Positions 47,025 to 62,994 of a DNA stretch of 64,000 bases are shown piece after piece. The stretch lies in the NCBI RefSeq assembly GCF_009914755.1, contig NC_060933.1; one strand, 5' to 3'. Below the pieces are notes generated by a model, which had not been told where the DNA came from, ran no database searches, and saw nothing but the letters and a program-made list of their open reading frames with translations. How positions within the stretch are numbered: position 1 is the stretch's first letter; each line of letters opens with the position of its first letter. The position numbers and the translations under genes were made by a program. The DNA comes from the human T2T-CHM13v2.0 reference genome, Homo sapiens.

Positions 47025-47313
47025 AACAGATGATGGAGAAGGTGTGGAGAAACAGGAACACTTTTACACTGTTGATGTGAGTATAAGTCAGTTCAACCAT
47101 TGTGGAAGACAGTGTGGCGATTCCTCAAGGAGCTACAATGAGAAATACCATTTGACCCAGCAATCCCATTATTGGGTATATACCCAAAGGATTATAAATC
47201 ATTCTACTATAAAGACATGTACACGATGTTTATTGCAGCCCTGTCCACAATAGCAAAGACTTGGAACCAACCAAAATGCCCATCAATGATAGACTGGATA
47301 AAGAAAATGTGGC
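47025..47313 (+). mobile_element. Host L1PA7/PA8-like 3' fragment, left part
   Basis: ORF2 C-terminal sequence ([14 protein letters not shown]...DWIKKMW); preceded by left TSD AAAGGGGTTATTTCCC at 47009-47024. Confidence 0.9.
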
Positions 47314-48217
47314 GGAGGAGCCAAGATGGCCTAATAGGAACAGCTCCAGTCTACAGCTCCCAGCGTGAGCGACGCAGAAGACAGTGATTTCTGCATTTCC
47401 ATCTGAGGTACCGGGTGCATCTCACTAGGGAGTGCCAGACAGTGGGCGCAGGTCATTGGGTGCACGCACCGTGCGCGAGCTGAAGCAGGGCGAGGCATTG
47501 CCTCACTTGGGAAGTGCAAGGGGTCAGGGAGTTCCCTTTCCGAAACAAAGAAAGGGGTGACTGACGGCACCTGGAAAATCGGGTCACTCCCCCACCGAAT
47601 ACTGTGCTTTTCCGGCGGGCTTAAAAAACGGCGCACCGCGAGATTATATTACCGCACCTGGCTCGGAGGGTCCTACGCCCACAGAGTCTCGCTGATTGCT
47701 AGCACAGCAGTCTGAGATCAAACTGCAAGGCGGCAGCGGGCTGGGGGAGGGGCGCCCGCCATTGCCCAGGCTTGATTAGGTAAACAAAGCAGCCGGGAAG
47801 CTCGAACTGGGTGGAGCCCACCACAGCTCAAGGAGGCCTGCCTGCCTCTGTAGGCTCCACCTCTGGGGGCAGGGCACAGACAAACAAAAAGACAGCAGTA
47901 ACCTCTGCAGACTTAAATGTTCCTGTCTGACAGCTTTGAAGAGAGCAGTGGTTCTCCCAGCATGCAGCTGGAGATCTGAGAACGGGCAGACTGCCTCCTC
48001 AAGTGGGTCCCTGACCCCTGACCCCTGAGCAGCCTAACTGGGAGGCACCCCGCCAGCAGGGGCACACTGACACGTCACAGGCAGGGTATTCCAACAGACT
48101 TGCAGCTGAGGGTCCTATCTGTTAGAAGGAAAACTAACAAACAGAAAGGACATCCACACCAAAAACCCACCTGTACATCACCATCATCAAAGACCAAAAG
48201 TAGATAAAACCACAAAG
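47314..48217. promoter_or_regulatory. L1 5' UTR with sense promoter (YY1 site AAGATGGCC at 47323-47331) and antisense promoter region (about 47700-47920)
   Basis: Intact YY1 core and many retained CpGs; antisense promoter position taken from known L1PA architecture (about nt 400-600). Confidence 0.8.
47545..47762 (-). pseudogene. L1 ORF0, frameshifted (reads MAGAPPPARCRLAV*, stop at 47720-47718)
   Basis: ATG at 47762 and MAGAPPPA N-terminus; 1-nt loss near 47738 relative to recalled consensus; donors CAG|GTGCGG (47658|47657) and CAG|GTGCCG (47571|47570) retained. Confidence 0.8.
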
Positions 48218-49234
48218 ATGGGGAAAAAACAGAACAGAAAAACCGGAAACTCTAAAATGCAGAGCGCCTCTCCTCCTCCAAAGGAACGCAGTTCCTCACC
48301 AGCAACGGAACAAAGCTGGATGGAGAATGACTTTGACGAGCTGAGAGAAGAAGGCTTCAGACGATCAAATTACTCTGAGCTACAGGAGGACATTCAAACC
48401 AAAGGCAAAGAAGTTGAAAACTTTAAAAAAAATTTAGAAGAATGCATAACTAGAATAACCAATACAGAGAAGTGCTTAAAGGAGCTGATGGAGCTGAAAA
48501 CCAAGGCTCGAGAACTACGTGTAGAATGCAGAAGCCTCAGGAGCCGATGCGATCAACTGGAAGAAAGGGTATCAGCAATGGAAGATGAAATGAATGAAAT
48601 GAAGTGAGAAGGGAAGTTTAGAGAAAAAAGAATAAAAAGAAATGAGCAAAGCCTCCAAGAAATATGGGACTATGTGAAAAGACCAAATCTACATCTGATT
48701 GGTGTACCTGAAAGTGATGGGGAGAATGGAAACAAGTTGGAAAGCACTCTGCAGGATATTATTCAGGAGAACTTCCCCAATCTAGCAAGGCAGGCCAACG
48801 TTCAGATTCAGGAAATACAGAGAATGCCACAAAGATACTCCTTGAGAAGAGCAACTCCAAGACACATAATTGTCAGATTCACCAAAGTTGAAATGAAGGA
48901 AAAAATGTTAAGGGCAGCCAGAGAGAAAGGTCGGGTTACCCTCAAAGGGAAGCCCATCAGACTAACAGCGAATCTCTCGGCAGAAACCCTACAAGCCAGA
49001 AGAGAGTGGGGGCCAATATTCAACATTCTTAAAGCAAAGAATTTTCAACCCAGAATTTCATATCCAGCCAAACTAAGCTTCATAAGTGAAGGAGAAATAA
49101 AATACTTTACAGACAAGCAAATGCTGAGAGATTTTGTCACCACCAGGCCTGCCCTAAAAGAGCTCCTGAAGGAAGCGCTAAACATGGAAAGGAACAACGG
49201 GTACCAGCCGCTGCAAAATCATGCCAAAATGTAA
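48218..49234 (+). pseudogene. L1 ORF1p with one premature stop
   Basis: 1017-nt span MGKKQNRKTGNSK...PLQNHAKM; in-frame TGA at 48605-48607 (probable CGA>TGA). Confidence 0.95.
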
Positions 49235-49282
49235 AGACCATCAAGACTAGAAAGAAACTGCATCAACTAACGAGCAAAATAA

Positions 49283-53106
<3,824 letters not shown>

Positions 53107-53351
53107 ACAATGAGATCACATGGACACAGGAAGGGGAATATCACACTCTGGGGACTGTTGTGGGGTGGGGGGAGGAGGGAGGGATAGCATTGGGAGATAT
53201 ACCTAATGCTAGATGACGAGTTAGTGGGTGCAGTGCACCAGCATGGCACATGTATACATATGTAACTAACCTGCACAATGTGCACATGTACCCTAAAACT
53301 TAAAGTAAAGTATAAAAAAAAAAAAAGACAAAAAAAAAAAGAAAATGTGGC

Positions 53352-53722
53352 ACATATACACCACGGAATACTATGCATCCATAAAAAAGGATGAGTTCAT
53401 GTCCTTTGCACGGACATGGATTAAGCTGGAAACCATCACACTCAGCAAACTAACAAACATAAGAACAGAAAACAAAACACTGTATGTTCTCACTAGTAAG
53501 TGGGAGTTGAACAATGAGAACACATGGACACAGGGAGGGGAACACTACACACTGGGGTTTGTCAGGGGTTGGGGGGCTAGGGGAGAGATAGCATTAGGAG
53601 AAATACCTAATGTAGATGATGGGCTGATGGGTGCAGCAAACCACCATAGCACATGTATACCTATGTAACAAACCTGCACGTTCTGCACATGTATCCCAAA
53701 ACTTAGAGTATAATAAAAAAAA
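53352..53722 (+). mobile_element. Host L1PA7/PA8-like 3' fragment, right part
   Basis: Resumes exactly where 47313 stops (GTGGC|ACATATACACC); older 3' UTR (GTAGATGATGGGCTGATGGG, AAACCACCAT, GTATCCC); right TSD GGGGTTATTTCCC ending 53738. Confidence 0.9.
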
Positions 53723-54659
53723 GGGGGGGTTATTTCCCTGCATTTTTCCAGAGCTCCAAACTCTCCATTCAGTTGATTTCTATTGCAGCCTCTGGGCCCC
53801 CTCCCCACAGGCCCTCAACACTATAAATGATACCAAAGTCTATAATCTGATTTCAGCCACCAAAACATTCTAATGAAGACAGATATTCCATCAGATAAGA
53901 AGCAGCATCAGAGTAGGAACAAATATGCAAGGCAGTCAGCTTAGAGGCCTCTCATCTTTCCTTTTTTCCATTCAAGTCACCCTTTGGCTGTCTTCCATGC
54001 TACCAATAAACTCTTGTGTGTCTAGCACTTTTTACCCTGCACAGGGTATATTCACTCCAATTTTCTCGCTTGAGCCTCACAGCAACACCCTAAAAATACC
54101 TTGGGACTTGAGGTCAGTCAGAGACAGCTGAAAATCCTGGCTCCTCCACCTGCAAGCTGAGGTAATGTTGGGCAGTTTTCTTCACCTTCCTAATCATTCC
54201 CACCACACAGAGCTATGTGAGGATTATATGAATTTTTATGTGAAGGCTTAACCCCAAACTTGGTACTTATTAAGAGCTCAATAAAAGCGGTTGTTATTCC
54301 TGCAAAGGGACTGTCAGCAATATTTTACAGACATGGCAATGGAAGCTAAGGGTGAAAGGACTGCTCAGAGTCAAACAAACAATCAGAGTAGTCTCCTGGC
54401 TCACAGCTGTGGCTTTTTGCATTGTCTGTCAAGCGAGAGTCAAGAGCACCTTTCCTAAGGCTGTCGTGCTGTGGAGATGGTGATGGTGATGATGACGATG
54501 ATGCTCTCAGTGGTTCCTGATCTTCATTTTATAAAACTAGAAACAGAAGCTAATTTGCATTGTACTCTCTGTGGTAGGAAGTGTTAACAATCCATCTATT
54601 CTATCACTTCCACTGATGAGCCACAATCCCCAAACCACAAACACCAAGAGCCTAATTAG

Positions 54660-54895
54660 GCAGTAGAGCCTAATGTTGAAAAGTATGGTTGTTGGCCCAA
54701 GCGGAGCTGAGTTCAAAGCTGCATTCTATAACCGGGATCAAGTCACTTCATCTCTTTTTAAGTCTCAGTATCAATATCTAAAATGAGGATAATAAAGCCC
54801 ATCTTAGGCAGCTGGTGAGAGGATTCAGTGAGATAATATATTTAAAGTGCTTAAAAGAGCCTGGCACAGAGCAATTACGGAAAAGGTAATAATAA
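54660..54895 (+). mobile_element. MIR SINE
   Basis: CAAGTCACTT...TCTCAGT...AAAATGAGGATAATAA...GTGAGGATT...AAAGTGCTTAAAAGAGCCTGGCACA. Confidence 0.75.
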
Positions 54896-57800
54896 AAAGT
54901 ACTCTTATCCCAGAAAATAAGCTCTTCCTTTGAAGGTATTGAGACACTCTCGGGGATTTCACTATCGCTCTGGAGTTTGAGGAAAACCATTTTGTTATAT
55001 CCATTTGAAAATGGATACTGTTGAAATGGCTTCCCAGCATGCTTTGCTTTCGATGAGTTGCTTATCGGCTGGGAAAAAATGGCGGAATAATTAGTGGGCT
55101 CCTTGAAACCCTCTCCTTTTTAAATCCACAGAACCACCCGGACCTGGCGATAAAACCTCCCTGACAGTATTCAAAACACTGTATTGAAACCCCTCGTTTC
55201 TTTGTCAGTTTCCCCTCCAGGCTCTTAGGCTTGAGAGGAGAGGTCCCTTCTTCTCCGAGCACCTAGCCCAGAGGCTGGCTCTACAAATGCTTGCTGAGTG
55301 AATCAATGTTTGATGAATGAATGCATAAAGAATATTCATATTTTTCTTGTTAGTTTTCATTTAAAAAAGGAAAAACAAACTTCTACCTCTCCCCTCAGGA
55401 CTGCAGTATTCGTTTTCCGTACCATCCACCCACACAGCTCCAGGCCTCCCCAGTTTCTGCTTCGTGAGACCAATCCTATTACAGCCTGGAGAACAGCAGC
55501 AGGCCCAGCCTTCAGGAAACGGAGCTGGAATAATAATGAGCTATGTGGCTCCCACCTCCCAAACCAGAACATTGACTGAATATTGGGTATGAGTCATCTG
55601 ATATTTTTGTGAGCTGCAGGGGCCCTCCACACGGCCCTGATTGCGTGGTTCCATCTGACGAGAGCGTCATTTCAAAATGCCCCTTTCACATGGCCCACAC
55701 TTGCCCCTGTCACTCCCTCTCCAAGTGACAGGACAGTACCCCATTTAGAGTTCCTCTGTTCCCATCTGCAAGGCATTCTATAACCCCGTAGAGCGCCCCC
55801 TTTCTCGTGTCTCATCATTGGGACCCTTTGTAAGGACCACAGCCCCCACTCCTTGAATCAATGCTTCATTGTGGCTGAACTCTCAGAATCCTCGGTGAGG
55901 GAAATAAAAAGATGAAAGTTCCTGGTGATGCTGCAATAAGCAACGGGGCTAGTGGCAAATTAGGATTCCAGCCCTGTCAGGCAGGAGGAATTGGGGACAG
56001 AGGGCCTCTGAGATACATTCGCGAGCTGCGTGGCACCTGCATCTCCTGACCTCAGAATAATCATGAGGTTGTGGGCTGTATCAAAGAAGGCATTAATGAT
56101 ACAGCAAGAGGACTTAGAAAGCAGGTGGTGTTCACGGGGAGCAGGGAGCACGAGGCTGAGGGAAAGAGGAAAGAAAACAGAGGGGAAAGGTGGAGAGTGG
56201 GGAAGGGTGATAAGTGGAGAAAAGGACTTGGTGTTGGAGATGGTGGGGAAATGTGGAGCAAATGAGCAGACACAGGCTATGGAGGAGACCCTGGACAGGG
56301 AGGATGAAATGGAATGAAATTAGAGTGGGTAGGATAGAGACAAAGAGATGCAGCCAAGGCATCATCTGTGTTAACTCACTCACAGATTTGGGAAAGAGCC
56401 CAGGCTGGGGTTCCTAATTCAACTATTGGATGGGCCATTTAAGGGTGGGCTAGTTGTCCATTCTCCTCCCTTTCTAGAGAGGCCAACTGCAGAGACAGTG
56501 GGGGCAGAGAGGTAAAGCAATGTTACCAGTGAGTCCTGATCCCCCAGGTCAACAAACTTTCTTTTGCTTTTCCATATTTCATTTTGAGATTAGAACCACA
56601 AAAAGCTCATTTCATTGTTTGTGTGTGTGTGTCTTTTGAATACAAGCAAATTGCAATAATGAGGAAAAACCCTCAATCAAATCAATCTCCTATACCTCCC
56701 CTATCTCCAGCCAGTTCTCTCAGTAGTTATCATGGATAGTCATAAACTCTACAAGGTTCAATTGTAGGCAGTGTCCTAAACCAGCTGAGAGCATCAGTGA
56801 CTTACAACTATTGAGTTCTCACTGTATACCAGGCATAGTGCTGGAGGTTCTTCACACTGTCTCCCTGAACAGCACATGAAACCACCTCCATGTTACAGGC
56901 AAAGAAAAATGAGTCCTTGAGAAGTGAGATGACTTGTCTGAGATCACAAAATTTGGTATCTGAATGTGGAGTACCTTTGTGATCTCAGATAAGTTATCAG
57001 TGCACTCTCTTCTAGGTATCATAATGTAAAATTATAATGATATGGTGAGTAATAAGAAGAAAGCAAGACACAAGAAAAGAAATAAATTGAAATAACGGAA
57101 AAATACTGAAAGTTTGAGCCTGTGAAGGGCCTATTATCACATTCCTTGCTTCCTCTGGACCTGCCAGGGTCCCTCTCCTCCACTCACAGATAATTGGGGC
57201 TCCCGACAAGTGCATAGGGGGATGCTGGGGATCAGGGATAGCAGGGATTGCAATCTATAAATACCACTTCCCAGGCTAGTTGGTGATAGCCTTCCTCAAC
57301 CCCGGCAACAGAGAAGCAGCTTAATAGGCTGCTTCAGAGGGGAGGGTCTCACAAAGGCTGACACAACCCCACTGAAAGCCAGTCAGTGTGAGGCAGGGAG
57401 AAGCAGGTTTTAAAGTGCTTTTCTCTGTCCCTAAGGATCCAAAGCATCTTCCATCTGCAGCCAAAGCTGAGATGCAATACATCCAAATCAGCATCTTTCT
57501 GTTGGATGGGATTTCAATTCATTCTGATAGGGGGCTGAGAGGAGAGAAGGAAGGAGAAAGTAGGAGAAAGAAGGAAGTTGCATTTTCATTTCTAAACTGG
57601 AAAACCCTGGAGCCTGATTGATTGATAGGTACCCACACTGGCTCTGAATAAAGCAGTTTTGACCATTAGAAGCAGGGAAACTTCAAGAAGAAACCTTGGG
57701 AATGTTCTTCTTTCTCACGTTTAGGCCTGAACACAGAGACTTGGTTGCTGAGGTCAAAAAAATCAGTGTTTCTTAAGTGTTTTCTACATCATGGCAGTTA

Positions 57801-58671
57801 CCACTTTATCCTCACATCAACCCCATGAGATAGGATTCCCTTGTGATTTTTATCCCACCGATGAGGGCATTGAAGGCCACAGAGAGACTGCGACTCACCT
57901 TGGTCACACAGCATGGGAGTAGCAGAGCAAAGTTCAGAATTCTTGGGTCCAAACCCAATACTCCCTCAATGCCCATGCTCTATATTCCCTGCCCTCTAAA
58001 CCCCCAACTGGAGAAGAAAGAGGCTCTGGACCATGTTAACACCTCAGCTGCCCCCCTGCAGGTTCTGTCTTTGCCTCAGCCAGGAATTTCTGGCAACCTG
58101 ACAGGTCTCCTGGTGACACAGCATGGAGTCGCTCATCATTTCGAGGACAGTCTCCGTCACCCAGGGCTTCCCATCAGTGCTTTCAAAGGTACACATCTCC
58201 CTTTCAGAACCCCCTGGCTGGGGAGCCCAGGCTGGGGTTCCTAATTCAAGCAGACTCCCTGCTGATTTTAATTGGAGGTTTTGCCTAAGATGGGAATACA
58301 GTGTGGGGCCAGTGGCATTTTAGGGGAGATCATACAAATCGAGTGCCAAGGAGAGAGGAAGAAAAACAGATCTAGGTTAAAATAGAAAGCTATAATCCAT
58401 AACTCCCATTTGCCTACCAGGAGTGTGTATTTAAAAGTACAGAGGAAATGGAAAAAAATGAAATTGGAGCTCTGCATTATTCTTTTATTTATGCCCTTTG
58501 CTTTTTCCTTGGCATTTCTTTGACACTGTAATGGGTGCCCAAGTAATTCTGTGACTCCACAAAATGTGTATTCCACAGACCACAGACTAAACTGAGAAGA
58601 CAAACAGTTGTTTTTTTAGGTTTCTGATGATGCGCTGTTCTTTAGTTGTGCTGTGTGTGACTCTCTCTGTG

Positions 58672-58673
<2 letters not shown>

Positions 58674-58705
<32 letters not shown>
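58674..58705. repeat. (TG)16 microsatellite
   Basis: Directly visible. Confidence 0.97.
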
Positions 58706-58708
<3 letters not shown>

Positions 58709-59959
58709 AAGAAGTGGTATTTATAAGAGATGAATACGTCAAGTCAGTGGTGTCAGAATACTTGAGATTCCGCTGAAAACAGCCTCAGAAATGCTATGGA
58801 TGTGCTAGTATGAATTATAACTGGCCATCAGACTCACTCTGTTCACTATTTTTCCCAGATAAATATTTAGCTTTTAATCATTACCCTCTTTGAGTTTCTA
58901 ACATTGCTTTAATAACCTGTTTTTCCTTCTCTCAGTTCTTCACATGGTGTCACAGCCTCATTAAGTAGCTCATAATAATAAGGAAGAAATACCAAAAGAA
59001 AATGTTACGGTCCCTTGTCATGCTGAAACTATTTTCTAATTTTCAATTGTGGAGTGAAGGTAATAGGTCTTACTGGAGAGGGCAGAGGAAGATGGAAGAA
59101 GGAAGAAGGAGAAGAGCATCAATGTAAAAAATCCAATAGGGTCTTTAAAATTAGGTTGTCAGGAGCCTAATTGAGGAGGATTACGAAACAATTTTTGCAA
59201 TTACACAGTTCTGTGTCTGGAAGGAGGTGACAGGCAACATCAGCTGCATATTCAAATTCAGCATTTTGCTTTGGGGCATGAATGTGCTGAAGACAAGTGA
59301 AGGAAGGCGCCCGGAGCTTCTCAAGGGTGACAGAAAGGCTAAAAACAGCAGGACACTCCCTGGTGGAGGGCTACAAGAGTGGTTTATTCTTCTTGGGCAG
59401 TAGTTAGACTGTATAATAACAGACTTCAACCAAAAAGCTATGAAATAAGAGGGGACTACCCAGGGTCTAGTGGGCCTTAACCCTGAAGTACAATAATGGT
59501 CATCTAGATCTATGATCTTGGCAGTGAGAAGCGGTGATCACAGGTGAGAGAGTAAGTTAAATAAGTGCTGGGCCCTGCTCTACCCCTATTTGACCTTGGA
59601 TATTTGGCCTTGCTATTTGACCTTAAATAAGTCACCTGACCTCTTTGACCTTCAGTATTCTTATCTGTCAAATGGGGAAGGTAACATCTACTTTTCACTT
59701 TGTCTTAAGAGCTAGGATGGAATATGCAAAGCTCTAGAGAGATTTCCAGTGAAAAGAAGTAATGACTGACCATTACTAACCATGATTGTTACTGAGGGCA
59801 AGGAATAACTATGCTTTATAAATGCCTTCAGTAAAATTATTCCTCTTGGTTACTAAAACAGCCCAGTTGATCATAGCCTAATATCTTCAACTCATTGGTT
59901 ATTCAGTCTCCACAGTTCTAATGAATGCTGTCACCAAGATACTTGAAGAAGAAAGAGCT

Positions 59960-60170
59960 AACATGAGCTTTGGAATCCAAAAAGAAAAAAAAAGGAGTAT
60001 TGAGTCATAGCTCTGCTACTCATTATTTAACCTTGAGTTAATTGCTTGTCCTTTCTAAGCTTCAGTTTTCTCAACTACAGAATGGAATAATAATACAATC
60101 CTTGCAAGGTTGTTCTGAGGCTCAGATAAGATGATGTGCATTAAGTTTCTAACATATAGTAGGTACACAC
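59960..60170 (+). mobile_element. MIR SINE
   Basis: GCTCTGCTACT...CTTCAGTTTTCTCAAC...AATGGAATAATAATAC...GGTTGTTCTGAGG. Confidence 0.7.
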
Positions 60171-60254
60171 TGTCTCTCATGCAAATAAACTGTGTTTCTC
60201 TTGAGCTCACATAGTAAATGATCCCTCTGAAATCAGTAATTATAGATTTAAAAA

Positions 60255-61840
60255 CTCAGAGTGGGAAAGAATTCAACAAATGCTGCTGGATCAGTTGAAT
60301 ATCCATATTAAACAAAATAAATCTTGACACTTAACTTCCTCTGTACTCCTAAATCAAAACAGATGGCTTGCAGATCTAAATGAAAAAAGTAAAACAACAA
60401 CATCAACAAAACAACTTTTAGGAGAAAATATAGGGGAGCATCTTTATGAAAGTAGGCAAAGATTTCTTAAAAGTGCTCACCGTAAAAGAAGATAATTGAT
60501 TAACAGGACTATACAAAAATTAAAACAGATTCATCAAAAGATACCATAGAATGAAAAGACAACTTTCAATGACAGAATATATTTGCAATACCTCTAGCTA
60601 ACAAGAGATTGTATGTATAAGACATGCTAAGGTCTGAAAGCTTGTATACCCCTCCCCCAAATTTGTATGTTGAAATTTCAATTTCCAAGGTAAAGATATT
60701 AGAAGATGGTGCCTTTGCGAGCTAATTAGGTCATGAAAGTGGAGCTCTCACTAGTGGAATTAGTGTTCTCATAAATGAAACACAAGAGAGACTCCTTGCC
60801 TCTTCCAACATGTGAAGACACAGGTAGAAGGTGAACCCAAAAGCCCTTACCAGACAACCAATCTACCAGTACCTTGATCTCGGACTTCCCAACCTTCAGA
60901 GCTGTGAAAAATAAATTCATGCTACTTATGTGCTCCTCAGTCTTTGTTATTTCATTATAGCAGCCTGAACAGACTAAGATAATACGTAAACAACTACAAA
61001 TCAGTGAGCAAAATTCAGATAACCAAAAGGGAAAATAGGCAAATGATATGGACAGGCACTTCATCAAAAAGCATATTCAAAAAGTCAATATGCAATGAAT
61101 CTCCACTTCATTCACTATCAGAAAAATGCAAATTAAACTGGCAATGATATATTACTCAGCAGGATGGCAAAATAAAATTAGAATACAAAATTAAAAAGAA
61201 GGTAAGCACTAAGTCATCAAGGTTGTGGAACAATTGAAACTCTCCTAGGCTACTGCTAGGAACAAAACTTGCATCAACAAATTCAGAAAACTGGAAGTAT
61301 GTATTAAAATAGCCAGTAAGTTGAACATATGAATACAGTACATCCCAGCAATTCCATGCCTAATATGTACACAACCAAAAGGCATATATAAAGACATGTA
61401 TAAGATTGCAGTACTATTTGGAATAATGCCAAACTAGTCAAATGACCATCAGCAGTAGAAGAGAATTCTATATAAACAATAAAATATTTTTGAGAATGAG
61501 TGAGCCACAACTACACAAAACAAAACAAAATGGAGGAATATCTCCATTTAGAAAGATGAAAAGGTGAAAGAAACCAGACACAAAGAGTTCATTTCATATA
61601 TAAAGCAAAACTGACCTACACTGGATGAAGCAGTGGAAAAAAATAATTCCCTTGGGGAGAAGGTTGATAAGGCTTAGAAGAAGACACGGGGGGCTGTACA
61701 GTACAGAGAATGCCTTAGTTTTTGATCTGGTGCTGGTCATACGTGTGAATTCACTTTGTAAAGATTCATCTTACTGTACATTTATGTTGTTTCCACTTTC
61801 TGTACGTATGTAATACTTTAGTAAAATATTTACCAAAAAG
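60255..61840 (+). mobile_element. Ancient L1M (L1ME/MC-like) ORF2 3' region and 3' UTR, split by a MaLR LTR
   Basis: TTCAACAAATGCTGCTGG, GTAGGCAAAGATTTCTTAAA, GGACAGGCACTTCA, AAATGCAAATTAAA, CCCAGCAATTCCA. Confidence 0.75.
60625..60981 (+). mobile_element. MLT1A-like MaLR solo LTR
   Basis: TGCTAAGGTCTGAA...CCTTGATCTCGGACTTCCCAACC...AATAAA...GCAGCCTGAACAGACTAAGA. Confidence 0.85.
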
Positions 61841-62994
61841 ATTGTCCTTTAAAACAATCAGAATGATATTAATAAGGCAGCAAAACATGACATTTTCATA
61901 TCACTTTCCAACTTTCTGAAGCTCTTCTGTTTGTTCTCTAATTTTGATCCTCACAATTGATTTGTGTCCCAGGCTGGGTTGAGAGAGTATCATTTCATTG
62001 TAACGATATGAAAAAACTGAGGCTCAGAGAAGGGAAGTAACTTCCTGATGGTCACTAGTGACTTGTCACATCACTGGGACTAAAACTCACCCATGCGTGA
62101 GTTTGTTGGCAGGACGTGGAGGGTGGAGGTAGACAGGAGAATTGGGTGATGGCTCTGACAGGGGATTAAAAAGAAGCAGTCCATAGAAATTATAAGACTT
62201 ATGTCTATTTTTGACTAAATCCCCTGAGCTTACAGATTCTATTCCAAACAGGAAGCTACTTCCGAGCCACAGGGGGGGAGAAAAAAAGAAAAAACCAAAA
62301 ACAACAGAAAGGAACTGGAGATGCTTATTTTCTTGCCTTGCATCAGCCAAGTGAGTCAATTGCCCTACTTGCTACAAATGCAGAATAACAAGCATGGGTG
62401 CAAATGGAGAGATTCCTACTAGTGTTGACTTAAATACACCCCGGACAGCACTCGCAGTGAAGCTCAGCCACTGCCACACATCTCCTTGCCCCTCACCTAG
62501 ATTGTACACCCTCGGTTGCCACCATTTTGGACCTCACTACCTTTTTTTTCCTGCCCATAAATAGAAAGAAAGTTCCGAAGATATTCTCAGCTAAAAGCTT
62601 CATTGCCACATAGTTAGAAGGACACTTGTAAGCACTTGTGATTGACAGCCAGATGCCCTGAGCTAGCCTGACTTCACATTGTGGGCTTGTGCCTCTTATT
62701 TATAGGACAATTTAATACACACTCAGAATAAGTCTTGGTTGCTCAAATTATACCCCCTGCTCCCCACTCCACACATGCATGCACACAAAAATCAGTAGTC
62801 AGGGACTATCAAAGTAGCAACTTCTCCTGGGGAGAGCTGCCTATGAGTTTATAGTGACAATTCCAGAACCTTAAAGCTAAATAACACTTAGGCAAGGCCT
62901 GGTCCCTGTGACAGATGAGAAACAGAGTCCAGGGACATTAAGTAATCTGCTTGCAGTCACACGAGTAGTACCTGGAAGCCCAGAACCAGAATCT

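Noticed and set aside
47571-47762. Present-day ORF0-BRINP1 fusion protein
   Set aside because: ORF0 stops at 47720-47718, and the frame leading into the second donor has a TAA at 47623-47621 with no ATG after it
53338-53722. Second L1 3' end as a 3' transduction or tandem insertion
   Set aside because: It continues seamlessly from 47025-47313 and both TSD pairs show it is the pre-existing host
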